A stretch of 64,000 nt of DNA from Pecten maximus (taxonomy: Eukaryota), in the NCBI RefSeq assembly GCF_902652985.1, contig NC_047029.1, forward strand, positions 36,952,001 through 37,016,000. Reading direction: 5' to 3'. The position numbers and the translations under genes are program-made. The notes beneath the pieces are model-generated. The model was not told where the DNA came from. It did no database searches and worked only from the letters and a program-made list of their open reading frames with translations. Of the stretch, positions 27,321-40,357 are shown in pieces. Each line of letters opens with the position of its first letter. Within the stretch, counting starts at the first letter, position 1.

Positions 27321-30189
27321 GGGCCTGTTTCCAAAATGGCCCCTTCTCTGATTCAAATTTCCTGTCGGTGGTACATTGCCCATGCCGTTGTGGTCACAAA
27401 TCTATAAAATATAAAGATTTAGGTCACTTGGTTTGTTTTTTTATGGCTCCTCAAAGTTGTACCTTTCAGAAGCTGTCTAAGTGTTGATAAAATGTGCATG
27501 CTATGTAAAATATTAATGAAAATCTAAATGATGGTCACCGTAAAGAATACATTCATGGCATGATTGTGACAAAAAATCATCGCGCCATTTGGCTGTTTTA
27601 TGGAAGAAACAATCTCAAAAATGCAATTTTCAATGATAACATTTTAGACACAAAAACTGTGTTTTTTTTAGAGAATACACCCTTTTATGGGCGTTGGATG
27701 CAAACCAATTTGAATTGCCGATTTTCGACTTTCTTTAGATAATTAACAAAAACACGAGAGTATTTGCTCGGTATGTTGAGAATATGTACACAGATATGAA
27801 AAAAAGTGAAAGAAACACTTTTTTCTTAAAAAATATCCAAGATGGCTACTTCACAAGTCCCCGTGGTTGAAGACATTGGCTGACAAATAGACAGAACAAC
27901 AAACAAAACTAGATTTGATCAAGATCAAAACACGGGATTTCAAACTAGAAAATGATTGCAGACATATTCTCGTTCTGACGAACGCTTTTGTACGTTTTAC
28001 CTACGATTTCTCTTCGTTTTCTCTTCGTTTTCTCTTCGCTTCCCTTCTTTAACCCATCAATTGACTTTCAACCCTCTCTGTGACCTTGAACTTCGAAGGT
28101 CAAGGTCAAATATGTGCATAACTTTTGTAGCCAGTCATTAATGCTTTATATGTGCCAATTATCAAGTCTGTTGGTATCAGAGTATTGGAGGAAAAACATT
28201 TCAAGTGTAATTGTAGGATAATATTTAATTTTGGCAGTTAAATGTTTTCCTATGTATTTTTTCTGAGATAAAGTTGACGTTTTGACCTGGAAACGTTACA
28301 AACATCTTCAAACAAACGTTTTCTTTAATATACAATAAAAATTAACCGTTTGAAAGAGAATTTGAAATTTTTGATTTTTGATCATTTCACCTCTGTGACC
28401 TTGAACGAAGGTCAAGGTCATTGAAAAGCAATCAAGTGTGTAGGCATCCGTACATGCTATCATTGTGCCAAATATAATATTTGTGTATGTAAAGATTCTG
28501 GAGCAGAGGGTAATTAGGTGCATTTTGGGGGAAAATTTGAATTTTGGCGGGAAAACAAACATTTTTCAAAGTGCCATTTCTACGTCATTTTTTTATCGCA
28601 CGACCATCAAACTTGCACCGTTCGTCTTCTTTAATCATGCATTTTGCAATGCAACCAAAAAATAACTCATTTTGAATTTTAATTTTTTTACCTTGATTTG
28701 ACCTCGCGCTTAGACCTTGACCTTGACCTTGACATATTTTCTGATAACATATTGGGGAGAAAAGTGAGCCCCGCCAATGAACTACAAGATGCATTGGAAA
28801 AAAACGAACGAACAAAGAACCTGATTCAAAAGAATTTTTGTTTAATTTTTTATTTATTTTTTGTTATTTGACCTTGAATGAAGTTCAAGGTCAGTGAAAA
28901 ATAACTTCTTTTGTAGCCACTCTTACGTTCTATGGTTGTGCCAAATATCAAGTCTTTATGTGTTTAAATGAAGGAGCTGAAAAATATTTAGGCATTTTTG
29001 CTTGATTTTTGAATTTTGGCGGGGAAAACTTTGAAATTTTCAAAGTGCCATATCTCCGTCATTTTTTATCCGATGATCAAAAATTTTTCAAATTCCGTCT
29101 CAGTGCATCATACTCGTTTATTTACGGTGAAGAAAATTCTCAGATCGAGAAATTTTTTTTCGACATTTTCTTTATCCCATAGCGAGGTCATGACCTTGAC
29201 ATATTCTCTGATAAGATGGCATTGAGAAAAGTTAGCTCTGTCCCTGATCTATCTGGCTGACTGAACCTGAACGCAATAGAACGATGGCGTGGTCGGCAGG
29301 CACAAAGAAAGTGAGACAAGTCAGGGTCCCAACCCTGACAGAGCCACAACGCTTTGCAGATGGGACAATAAAACAAAGAAAGTGAGACAAGAATAGCTAG
29401 CGTCCAGTCAATGATTCCGTAAACGTATAGACAAAGACAAGAAGATACGGATAAATGTACAAGGCCACACGATCAGAAAATTCAAAAGAGGACAACTTGA
29501 GATAGAACAGTATTCATGTATCAGGGTGTCCTCAGTGTAAATCTTTATATCGATACTGTTTATTTAGTCTTTAGATATCATAAAACTGTCATGAAAATAT
29601 CATCTCTGATATTCAATATAAAATTTTGTATATAATAAGCTATATAATAGGGTTTCAAACAAGGTTGTTACTCATTTCCCCTTTTCTTTCAATTTACAAC
29701 CACATTCAGGCGGCGATATGAGAACGTTCCACCACTTGGAATTAGCTGATTTTTGGTACACATATGAAACAAGAAAAGCTCTATCCGATTTTGTGATGGA
29801 AATTTGCATCCAAAACTATATAACGGGAGAAAATTGCACTTTTATGGCATTTTCTTCATAATTGTGTCTCTGCAAGTGCATTTTCATCCGAGAAAATTTT
29901 TGTTTTATGTTTTATGAATAAACACGATGTTTTGGAAGTATGTATCAAAGAAATTTATACTATGTTGCGAATTACAATTTCGAGATAACCTTCTTTTATT
30001 TACGACCTTATGTCTTTGATGCTCAAAATGACAATTTTATAAAAATACATTTTCACTGACATTATGAAATCTGGGTGTCGGAAAGGTGTAAAATTATTCT
30101 TCGGAAAAGAAAAAAACTGTAGTTGAACTAGATAAGAAATTATACGGGGCAGGCTCCTATGGAGAATTAACATTACTGGAAACAGGCCC
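27321..30189. mobile_element. Non-autonomous Spy-like DNA transposon (no TSD, AAA|TTT target)
   Basis: 13-bp perfect TIR GGGCCTGTTTCCA / TGGAAACAGGCCC. The empty paralogous site at about 21145-21161 reads GGGCCAAA|TTTGTTTAC, matching the flanks with no duplication. No transposase ORF; a TGACCTTGA-rich interior (about 27900-29230) may be a nested element. Confidence 0.85.
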
Positions 30190-30960
30190 TTTGTTTACTT
30201 TAGTATATGGATTACTCGCAAAAAATGTTTCTACCACTAAACTATATCTCAATAGCTTATAACCCCGAAAATGAGTACCCCACGCGGATATTTCATGTTA
30301 AACAGAACGTTAGTTATCCCATATAATGAGTAACGCCTGTCAATATATACATTTAGAGATAAGATCAAATCCAGTCCGACATACGAGAGGAGACCGTATC
30401 GACCAGCGCTAGGAGGTAAAGGTTTTTTTATCCTTTATTTTATAATACATATTATAATCAGACATCGCAATGCTTCACATATTATATGCTTTTACTGTCA
30501 TCTATTGGTGGAAGTTTTAAATATCCTAATTAACGAACTTTGTGTCAATAATATTTTCAAATCCTATAAAATGTACAATGCGTAATTAAAAGTTATGATA
30601 ATGATGTCAAATAATGTTTATACTAAAAAGGCTTTTAAAAACCTTCTATTAGGAGAATTGGGTTTGCTTGAAAATGGAGACTAATTTCCCGTAAAGTCAT
30701 CAAAACCATGTGAACATGTCTTCATAATCAATATGTATTTTAAGCATTGTATCGCTGTCTTCCAAATACACATATCTCCACCCCGTCACCACAGAATAGT
30801 TGCTCCCCGTGTTAGTATCAAATCGGCTGTTATCTTATCGTCTTATTTTATTAATTTATCTTTTAAATTTATTTATTTATTTATTTATTTTAGGATAGCA
30901 TCCATACTTTTCGTGAGACAAAAACTAAAACAACAGAATATATCGCAAGTTATATCAAGC

Positions 30961-32583
30961 ATGCAAGAAGCAGAAGAAAATGAAGACATTATTGTATCTG
31001 ACGGAGAAGTGTCTCGAAGCTTTCAACCGAGATCCGATAGTAACGAACGAGAGGAGAAGACTGGCTTTATAGACAGTGAACCCCGTAAATCGTCTGATAG
31101 GAAAACTTCCTACATGTCCAGATTAAAAACAGACTCCGCCTATAAAGAAAACGTTATTGTTAGTCTGGTTTTATGCTGGACCTTTGTCACCTTGGTACGT
31201 CGATAAGTGAAACTTATTTTTAATGTACAAAAAAAATGTATGTTGTAACTGAACCTTTAAGAAATAATTGCATTATCATATGTACGTGGAGAAGCATTAA
31301 TTAGGGTCGATTTGAATTGATGTTGGTTTCATTAGGAACAAAAGAGAAACTAACAAAACTTTAACCTGATACATAAATAACTTCTTTTTTTTTTGCAGGG
31401 GTGGGCGTCTGCACAATTTGGACCAGCTTTCCTCGACCTTCAACTTATTACAAGGACAAATGTGAAGAAAGCGTGCGGTAATAGTTATTGATTCTAATCT
31501 TATCTCACAGGTGGAAACGCTCTTCTCATGTACACTTGGGGGCGAGAAGGGAACTCCTTCATGCAGGCTTTACACTTCTCCTTCGCCATTGGTGGTATCG
31601 TGTCTCCGTTGGCGACTTCACCTTTCCTCCTGGACACACCTGAGGATTCAAATTACACATTTACCACTGATGACACGCACATCTCTCCGTATAGTGACTA
31701 CAATATCAACGTGTCTTACTATACAAACACTACTATTATCAATTCTAGTATTTTTGATAATGCTTCTTTTTCACTCACCAACGACCTAGATAAATCCAGA
31801 TTGTATATAGCGTACTGCATAACTGCAGCAATGAACATATCTTGTACGATACCGTTGTTTATTATGTATTTAAGATCACTTAAACAACAAAGACTTAATT
31901 CAAAAAAGAAAACAGCCGTTAATCGGATAACGAGGGAGCATACTTTTGGATTTAAAATTCTAATTCTCGTTTGTCTGTGTCAGTTTATGGCAGTGTACTG
32001 TGCCATGGAGGAAACATTCACTGCATATTTTGCATCGTTCTGCGTAACACAGTTGGCCTGGTCAAAGGTCCAAGGATCCTACGCCACATCGCTGTACTGG
32101 GCTGTCTTCGGGCTCGCCCGCTTCTCGGGAATTTGGGTGGTAAAATATGTTTCCCCCACAAAAATAATTTGTGTGTTAACCATTGTTCTGTGTGTTGATT
32201 TAGGAGTGTTGTATGTTTCTTCAAGTTTCTCGATTGATGGAGGTATCTGGGCATGCGCAGTTTTCACGGGAGCATCAATGTCCCTAATCTATCCATCCCT
32301 GATCTTGTTGACAGAAGACAAACTACTTCCGGTTTCGGGCAAAATAATGTCCCTCTTTATTATGGCATCGTCAGGTGGTACTATAGCTAACCCAATCATT
32401 TTAGGATACTTAATGGAAACCTTCACACCTATGTGGTTCACATACCTGTTGTTTGGGGAGAGCGTAGTGTTGATTATTCTATTCCTCGTCCTAGTACTGA
32501 TAGCGAGGCTGTCGGAATCTAGATTTAATGTCAGTAAATCGCGTGGCATTGTCAAAGAGGAAACAGCGAACGAACATGTTTAA
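30961..32583 (+). pseudogene. MFSD4/NaGLT1-like MFS gene, copy B (exons 30961-31194, 31399-31477 truncated, 31511-32583); deletion of about 435 bp covering the exon 2 3' part and most of intron 2
   Basis: Alignment by eye to copy A: the sequence jumps from AAAGCGT.CGGT to GTAA.AGTTATTG; exon 3 reading frame intact. Confidence 0.85.
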
Positions 32584-34325
32584 GGAAATGAGAGGTTACC
32601 GGGGTAAAAACACTTGTGAATGAATACAGATTTGTGCACGGTAGACCTTTAAGTGCCTTTTACACCCTTAGATCAGAGAGATGGTCAGTTATCGTGCCCT
32701 CCGTATGTTCTAATCTCTTTTATTGTATATTGATGCCAAGTTTGGCCAAAATTGGACTTGTTTGGTTTTTGTAAGTTGAGGGATGCTGTGTCACCTGTCC
32801 CATATTTGTGACTTCACAGTACACTGAGTTCGTCTGTTTCACTAATTAAAAGTGTCCACGTGTTAAACATGTATGTACAAATATTAACAATCCGATTTTA
32901 ATAATTGATCTATCAGCTTATAGAAGTAAACAATGCTCTCTTTCTGCACGTTCTCTTAATAAAGTAAACGTTATAAATTTCGCCATTTCCAATCGGCTTT
33001 AATATCCTTCAGAATCAACCAATTTTCATTTCCCGCATAGTGTTAAATGTAGAACTTTGGATAAGGACGTGTAGCGTTAATCACTTTGGTACAATTTTCA
33101 TGAGAATTACACAACAAAATATAGACCGAAGTTCAGTGATTTACAACGAACAATTCATGATCAAACTGGAAAACATTGTCGTCAGTAAACAAGATAGAAA
33201 ACTTAATTTCGGCAAGTAAAGTTATGGAGAAAATGTTTCTCTAGTCTTAAGCTTGTATGAACATAATTGACATTTCTACAGAAAGTATTATAACGCTTTA
33301 ATGACTTGATCAATATAATCCCAATCCTACAAATGTAGCAGATAATCTTGAAAATAGCACATTATTTATGTATTATCCATGGACATCCTTCAAGGTGTAA
33401 GCACACACGTCTTAATATGCATATATAGAAACAGTGACCAAATTAACTGGAACATCACCGCAAAGCAAATGCCTCACGTGATGGCAGTGGTACACATCAC
33501 TGCGCGTGCTACCGATCGCGAGCTGGAGTACATTGTTAACTACATCAATAGTTGACATGCCTCATCAATAATTCATTGATGTTAACGTCATGATAGAATA
33601 CATGATATGGATAAGATAATAACACAAATAACGAAGGAAAATCATTTTTGTTACTATGCATCTAATTATTAGCACAATGTATCATATGCAATATGTGTTG
33701 TTGATCCCAAGGTCATGATTACAATCCCTGTCGTAGCTGTATTGAGATGAAGATATGTATGTACAATTCGCATCCGGGTACATGTGTGTAAATGCATTGC
33801 GATCCAGGTATATACACAATATCATAGACTACTTGTCATTGGCATACTTCGTGTGTCAGCTATTTAATATAATCATGCTCTCTACACGTGCACATTACAG
33901 GTAACTAAAGTGAGTTCTATTATATAAGATGGTAGTCACTATAGAAGGTGCTCGAAGTAGGCCACTATGACCATGTCAGGGTATCGGGTCGACCATCACT
34001 GCTTCATTGAAACGTTCTTTTTCAGAACGTGGATATGACTGGCTAGGCGATTGGGTGCCGTAAATCATGAGTCGGCCAGGACACGCGTCATTAAGTTGTC
34101 TTCGTCAATTGTGTTACTATACATATATAGTTGCCTTCCTTCATCAATTGTGTTACTATGTTATATATCAAACAATTAGCACAATTAACCATATGCACTA
34201 TGTGTGGTGATCCAAAGATATATGCATGTATTTGAATTTCCTGTCGTAGTTGTACTCGATGAACATTTGAAAAATGTGTATAATTAGTATCCATGTATGT
34301 AAATACATTGCGATCCAAGTATTCT

Positions 34326-34533
34326 TGTTTAACGTCCTATCAACAGCCAGGGTCATTTAAGGACGTGCCAGGTTTTGGAGTTGGCGGAAAGACTGAGTAC
34401 CCGGAGAATAACCACCGGCCTACGGTCAGTACCTGGCAACTACCCCAGGTAGGTTTCGAACTCGCAACCCAGAGGTGGAGAGTTAGTGAATAAGTGTTGG
34501 GACACCTTAACCACTCGGCCACCGCGGCCACCC
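34326..34533 (-). mobile_element. tRNA-derived SINE
   Basis: A box TGGCCGAGTGGTTAAGG, B box GTTCGAAACC; flank ATCATCTTATAGA (34535-34547) is also found before the 25705 copy. Confidence 0.85.
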
Positions 34534-36964
34534 GATCATCTTATAGACGACTTCCACTATGATCATGTCAGGATTTCGGGCCGACCATCACTGCACCATA
34601 GAACGTTCTCTTTAGAACGCCGATGGGGAGCAATGGTATAAGCTGTGGGTATTTCTGACTAGGCTAGGTCAGGGCAGGAGTCATAAAGCTGTCTTCTGAC
34701 TAGGCTAGGTCAGGGCACGAGTCATAAAGTTGTCTTCCTTATCAATAGTGTTACTATGTTATATATATATATTATATATTATATATAGTTACACAAATCA
34801 CGAAGTTTCGAGGCAATCTGCCCGTTTATCAAGACACTAGTAAATTACAAGCAATCACATATAGACATAGACCATGTAGCACTTACACAAGTTTAGTAGA
34901 TAAACAATGAACAATATCGTTATGTTTGTGTTCCCCTGGGTCCATAATTAATTAGCTTATTGTAATTAATTAGAAAATTTCTTAAGTGGTGTACAGATGG
35001 TAGAAAAAATAGTCAAAATAAAAAGGTTTTGAAAAAAGAATAATTACCCTAAATGAATCGATGTGATGGCAGCGCGTGCTATGGTTTTGATTATCTTCGC
35101 ATTTTGGTTCATTGCGTCCCACAACACTCGGCCAAACCTGCGGGCAGTGGGTAACAATGACACCTTGACACCTTCAGGTGTCATATTACATATTTCTGAC
35201 TTTAAAATGTTTGTCTTATAATATGATACATAACATTAAAAGTCCATTGAAAGGGTGGTCGAAAACTCCTGTCTTTGGGGGTCACGATACCTGACCAAAC
35301 CGGTTACTTGTACAAGTAATCGCACAACTCATTAAGCCAATCAGCTGCTGCTTCACACAGTCCCTAAATAATGTGTGTTTCCGAGATTTGTAGGGATTGT
35401 ATTCTGATTAATAGCATATGGAATGGGTACTTCCTACATGCGATGTTTTGATTAAGAATAGTCTTAGGTTTTGAAAAACAAACATATATACTCCTACTTA
35501 GAATAGAATGGTGTAGGTCTAGATGTGAAAAAGAGCGGAAGTTCCCCAGATTGGAATTCCCCGTCCACTGTAAGTACCAGGGATCAGCCTTACGAGTATC
35601 CATGATATCTGATATCCTACAAACCAGTACAAAACATCAATTTATGGGTGGCGAAAATTGAAACTATAATTTGGAATAAATATCCCGTCATTTGAACTAC
35701 ATATGAAAGATAAAGGTGGTGGAGCCGCTAGTTATAACAGATATTGGTCCTCCAACTACGTAACATGTGGAGAGTTATCTTTCATTCATGCCAAGTGAGT
35801 AGCCGGTTTGGAGTTGGTTGATCCAATTTCGTTCCTTTTTTAGACGTTGCCGATCATCCCAACTCCTACACGAGGTCAATGGGGACCATCTGCATGTCAT
35901 GCCATGTACATTCGTATGGCTCAATCTAATTGAAATCTAGATAATCTCTCTCACTCCGTTACATGATCATCTAACAACATCCCATTAGGGGTCACGTTCT
36001 GATGACCTTTGAGATTATGTGTATTTCAATTTCATGGCGTATTGTCAATTTGTCGATGTCATCGAAGCAAACCATTTCGTCACAGTATGCTTCTGAAGCA
36101 AACCATTTCGGCACAGCATATATTAAGCTATATAAGAAATGACTTGAAACAAATTAACCAATTATGCTAGCTATGTACTCTAGTCATGCTAATTCGCACA
36201 TATAAAATTCACTTCCAAGATTATGGAAGTAGTCATTTGATTGGTTAATCCAAAAGGTCAACCTCGGCATGTTGAAATGTCTCACTACTGGCAAGTCCTG
36301 GCGTTTCTGTTAAATACAACAACGGTCGTTGTTGATCCTCAGATTGAGTGGTGTATACAATATATACTATGTACTATATACTATATAATGTACGATTCTA
36401 CAAGTATATATTTAAAAGTACCAGCCAGGATGCGGCCTAGGCTCACACATCATAATAATCTTGTTTTGTCTGATTGCCATTCATTCCTTTTTTCATAGGT
36501 ACACCGCAGTCATCAAGACTGGAGAAAATATATACTAGTATATAAAAATATATACCAACATTTACTATTAAGTAGGATTAAAACAAAAAAGAACACGGGG
36601 CAACAAGAAGATTTCATCAATTTGTATTGATTATGGAAACAATCGCCGGTACATGTAAGGCTATTGTCGTTAGCTATAAAGATGGTTTTTTTTTTTTTTT
36701 TTTTAAACCGGGATAATTTTTAAGAAATGGTTGAGCATTACCAAAATATACACAATTGATTTGGTTTCGTTATTAATAATATCACCACCACCTCAACCAC
36801 AAACACAACTACCAACACAACTACCACCTCAACCACAAACACAGCTACCAACACAACCACCAACACCACGTTGTAAGTGTAAGAGCTGGATGGATTCATG
36901 AATAGATATTAATGTCAAACCATTGAATGGTTGTGAAAATACTCTCGTCATTGGAAAGGTCATT

Positions 36965-39900
36965 TTACATTGTGGCCTCTTCAGCAGGTTCTTTACAGGT
37001 GCGCGCTTGTCGCCTGACGAGAAGCAGCATGATGATATATACAGCTATTGCTGCAACGCTGTCCCCGAAAAGAAGATATGCAAACCACATAGGCGTAAAG
37101 TTTTCCATAAGATAACCCAACAATATTGGGTTGATCATTGCGCCACAGGAAGCAGATATCAAAAAGAGAGATGCTACTTTCCCGCTCATTGTGATAAAAC
37201 TTTCATTTGTCCATGTGAATACGGTGGGAAAAATTATTGACATTGCAGCTCCAGCACTCACTGCGCATGCCCATATTCCAGCATCAATTTTTAAATATGA
37301 AAACACTACAAACGCTAAAAAAACAAACCCTAACGATGTTGTAAATACTCCAATCAAAACTACCGGCTTTAACATTTTTATCAGCCAAATTCCTAGAAAC
37401 CGACCTGTTCCGAATGTTGCCCAAAATAGCGACGTGGCAAAAGATCCCTGGACTTTTGTCCACGTCATTTGTTCGATACAAAACGTGACAAGGAGGTAAT
37501 TAAATGTATTTTCCAAAGCTGCGTTCAGTGCTAGAAACAAGCAAATTGTACAAAATTCAACAATTTTCCTGCTGCTGTCCACTTTCTGATGAACTTGGGA
37601 AATAGTTCCATCAGCTTTGCTTTCTTTTGTACAGCTATGTTGTTTCTTTGCGCGAATGTATAATAAAAACAGAGGGACTGCGCATGACAGATGTAATGCT
37701 GACGTGATGAGAAAATCCACGTACAATTTAGACTGTCCAGGTCTGTCACTATATGGTGCTGTCGAAAATGACGTAAAATTGTTGGCCCATTTTTCAGAAC
37801 GATGACTTGATATACCTGTAAACACTTGAGAATCAGATATATTAACCTCGGGTGTTAATGAAAGTGAATGATTCACATTTGCATCATTATCCATTTTCGA
37901 AAGGAATGGGACTATCACCATCGGAGATACTATACCACCAATTGCAAAGGCAAAGTGTATGGCCTGCATGAAGGAGCGTCCATCTCCCTCCCATGTCCAC
38001 ACCAAGAGAGCATTCCCACCTAGACAAAGAACCAAGCTGGAGTCAGGAGTGTGACCTAATGGCTTTATACAGGTGTATTGGCAAATGTTAATGTGTTGGT
38101 AGAACAATTTTGATTGGCTTAACTTTCACTCTTGGTGTCTTAATTTCATACTGATATAAATAATGTATGATGATTAGTTTAGCTAAATACAACCTGAACA
38201 GTATAATTTATAAGATCTTGTTCTTGTCGATATCTTTTTCAACATTCATCCCCATTTCTCTTCTCTTTATTCTATATCACACTGGATATCCTTTTTACAG
38301 GAAGGCGATATAAAATGAAAAAAGTACATCTGATCGTCAAAGTGTGTGTGTATGTATGTGTGTGTATATTAAATAAGTATATCGTTTTGTTTATTTACTT
38401 GTATGTTCGTGTATATTAATTTGAACCCTCTTCTTCCTACAAATATTATGTCAAATTAACATTTTGGCCAACCAACATTAGATAGCCGGCTGTTAAAGCC
38501 GCCCGTCGTCCGCGGTCTGTCCGCCCGTCTGTAAACGATCCTTGTTTTGTCTATTTCTAGAGAAATGTCTTAGGGGTTTTTCTCAATTTCCATAGGTATG
38601 TTTCCTTAGGTTCATTTTAGTGCATGATTAAATTTGAGATTGACAAATATACAAAGTTAATTTCTTTTGGATTGTGTATGTTGGTTACCCTTTGTCTCTT
38701 ACGGTACAAATTCCATATATATATGTTCCGCTTGGTTTAAAGCGATTTAGAGAAAAAGAGGAATGAAGAGGAAATTTGAGAAAATGCCAGTCTTGCATAG
38801 ACCCAATAGATTCAATGCTGGACTTCCAATATTTCTCGGGGCCTATTGTATGTTTATGTAGAAAAGATTCGTGAATTGATACGGCAATAAATCTCCTTCG
38901 TCTAGTGTGCTTCATTATCACGTAGAAAAATATCCAATCATGTGTATATTATTGAGTTCTTTGTATAATAATCACACAATTTTCGTGCCACGTCCTTCCG
39001 TTCCAAGAAAAAGACACCTATTTGGTTTTTTCCATGATTTGTTACTTGATGTTTCAACTAAATGAATAATAATTAATTAATGTTTCATGATAAGTAGTTT
39101 TTATAGATAAGGTTGATGATTGATGAGTTTTAGACCGCAGACGCTGTGCCATAGGATAAACTTACAAATATGCATCATATGACTAAAATGTATAATCACT
39201 TCCAACTATCACAGTGTAAAACGTTTCTGATTAACATTATAGATTTCTCATACGTTTACTTTACCCTACTATTTTCAGAGAAATACAAGGTTACCAGCAT
39301 CGAGTCCTCCACCGAACATCCCACGACAGAACTGTACCACGATCATCAGTTCATACCGGTAACACCAAGGGATGATGATAAAGTTGACAAAACCACAGAC
39401 GGTGAAGGAACACACAAGTAGGTGTTTGTTTAACCGATCAAACAGTATCCCGCTCAGGAGGGAACCAACCATGTACCCTGTAGCTCCGGCTGTTAGGAAC
39501 GCCGACGCTTTTTCTAAGGGCGATCCGGTGATGATTTGGAGTTCAGGAAGAGCCGGACCAAACTGACCTACCACCCAACCCTGCACAAAGAACAACAGGT
39601 TTATGGAGCAATGTAACATTAGCTAAATTATTTAGAACTTGAAGAGACCAAACCCAAAAAACAAAAGCAAATTAGATAACACAAACACTAGAGGATTCAG
39701 TATATCAATGAAGTTGATACATGGTTGTATATACAATGGACATTCACGGTATTAATTAGCATGTTTCAATACAAATTTGATGTTAAATAGAAAAGATAAA
39801 AAAAAATGATAAAAACATGACTATACTGCTGTTTTGTCCTTTTATGAATCGTTATTGAAACTGAAAGCCGAAATTGATGATACATAGAAGGAGATAATTG

Positions 39901-40357
39901 AATTGAGTTCCAAAATGTTTAAATATTCATACGGATGTACAAGAGCTCCAAGATTATACAAATGTCATAATTTTCAAAGTTCAGAAGGAAGACAGTTTGT
40001 ACTGTTATAATGGATATTTACCAATACAAAAAAGGACCTGTTATGATGGATATTTACCAATACAAAAAAGGTCCAGCAGATAGTAAGACTGAGAAAAACA
40101 TTTTCTCTATAAACAGCGTCGTGTTTTATTCTCTGTATAACTCCTGATCTTTCGCCGTGTGTGTCGTCCACTGTTTCGTCCACAGGGAATTCCGAGATAT
40201 CGCTACCTTCATTCAATGGGATAACTTCTTCTTTGTCATCCTCTGTGTCTTTTGAAATGGGTGTTTGTGTAACTTCCTCGGAGACAGATTTGTCCCCTTC
40301 GCCAGTATGAAGTGACTCAAAGCAAAGCTCACTCGGTGATTCTAGCACGGGGTCCAT
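36965..40357 (-). CDS. Intact MFSD4/sodium-dependent glucose transporter 1-like MFS transporter, 546 aa (exons 40357-40058, 39580-39295, 38019-36965)
   Basis: Exon lengths 300+286+1055 = 1641 nt, in frame; same 286-bp middle exon and splice phases as copy A; motifs QFGPALPELQ, GILFDRLN, GGNALLVWTW...FMQAIHFAFAIGG. Confidence 0.9.
38461..38650 (+). mobile_element. Intronic Helentron-like fragment
   Basis: GCCCGTCGTCCGCGGTCTGTCCGCCCGTCTGTAAAC microsatellite-like head, similar to the 17860 family. Confidence 0.4.

Larger units (their letters stand above)
19844..34490 (+). repeat. Tandem segmental duplication: unit A about 19844-25883, unit B about 25884-34490 (B carries an extra 2.87-kb insertion)
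   Basis: Near-identical colinear sequence: LTR 3' half, SINE, minisatellite, MFS gene, 3' flank and terminal SINE occur in both units. Confidence 0.95.
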
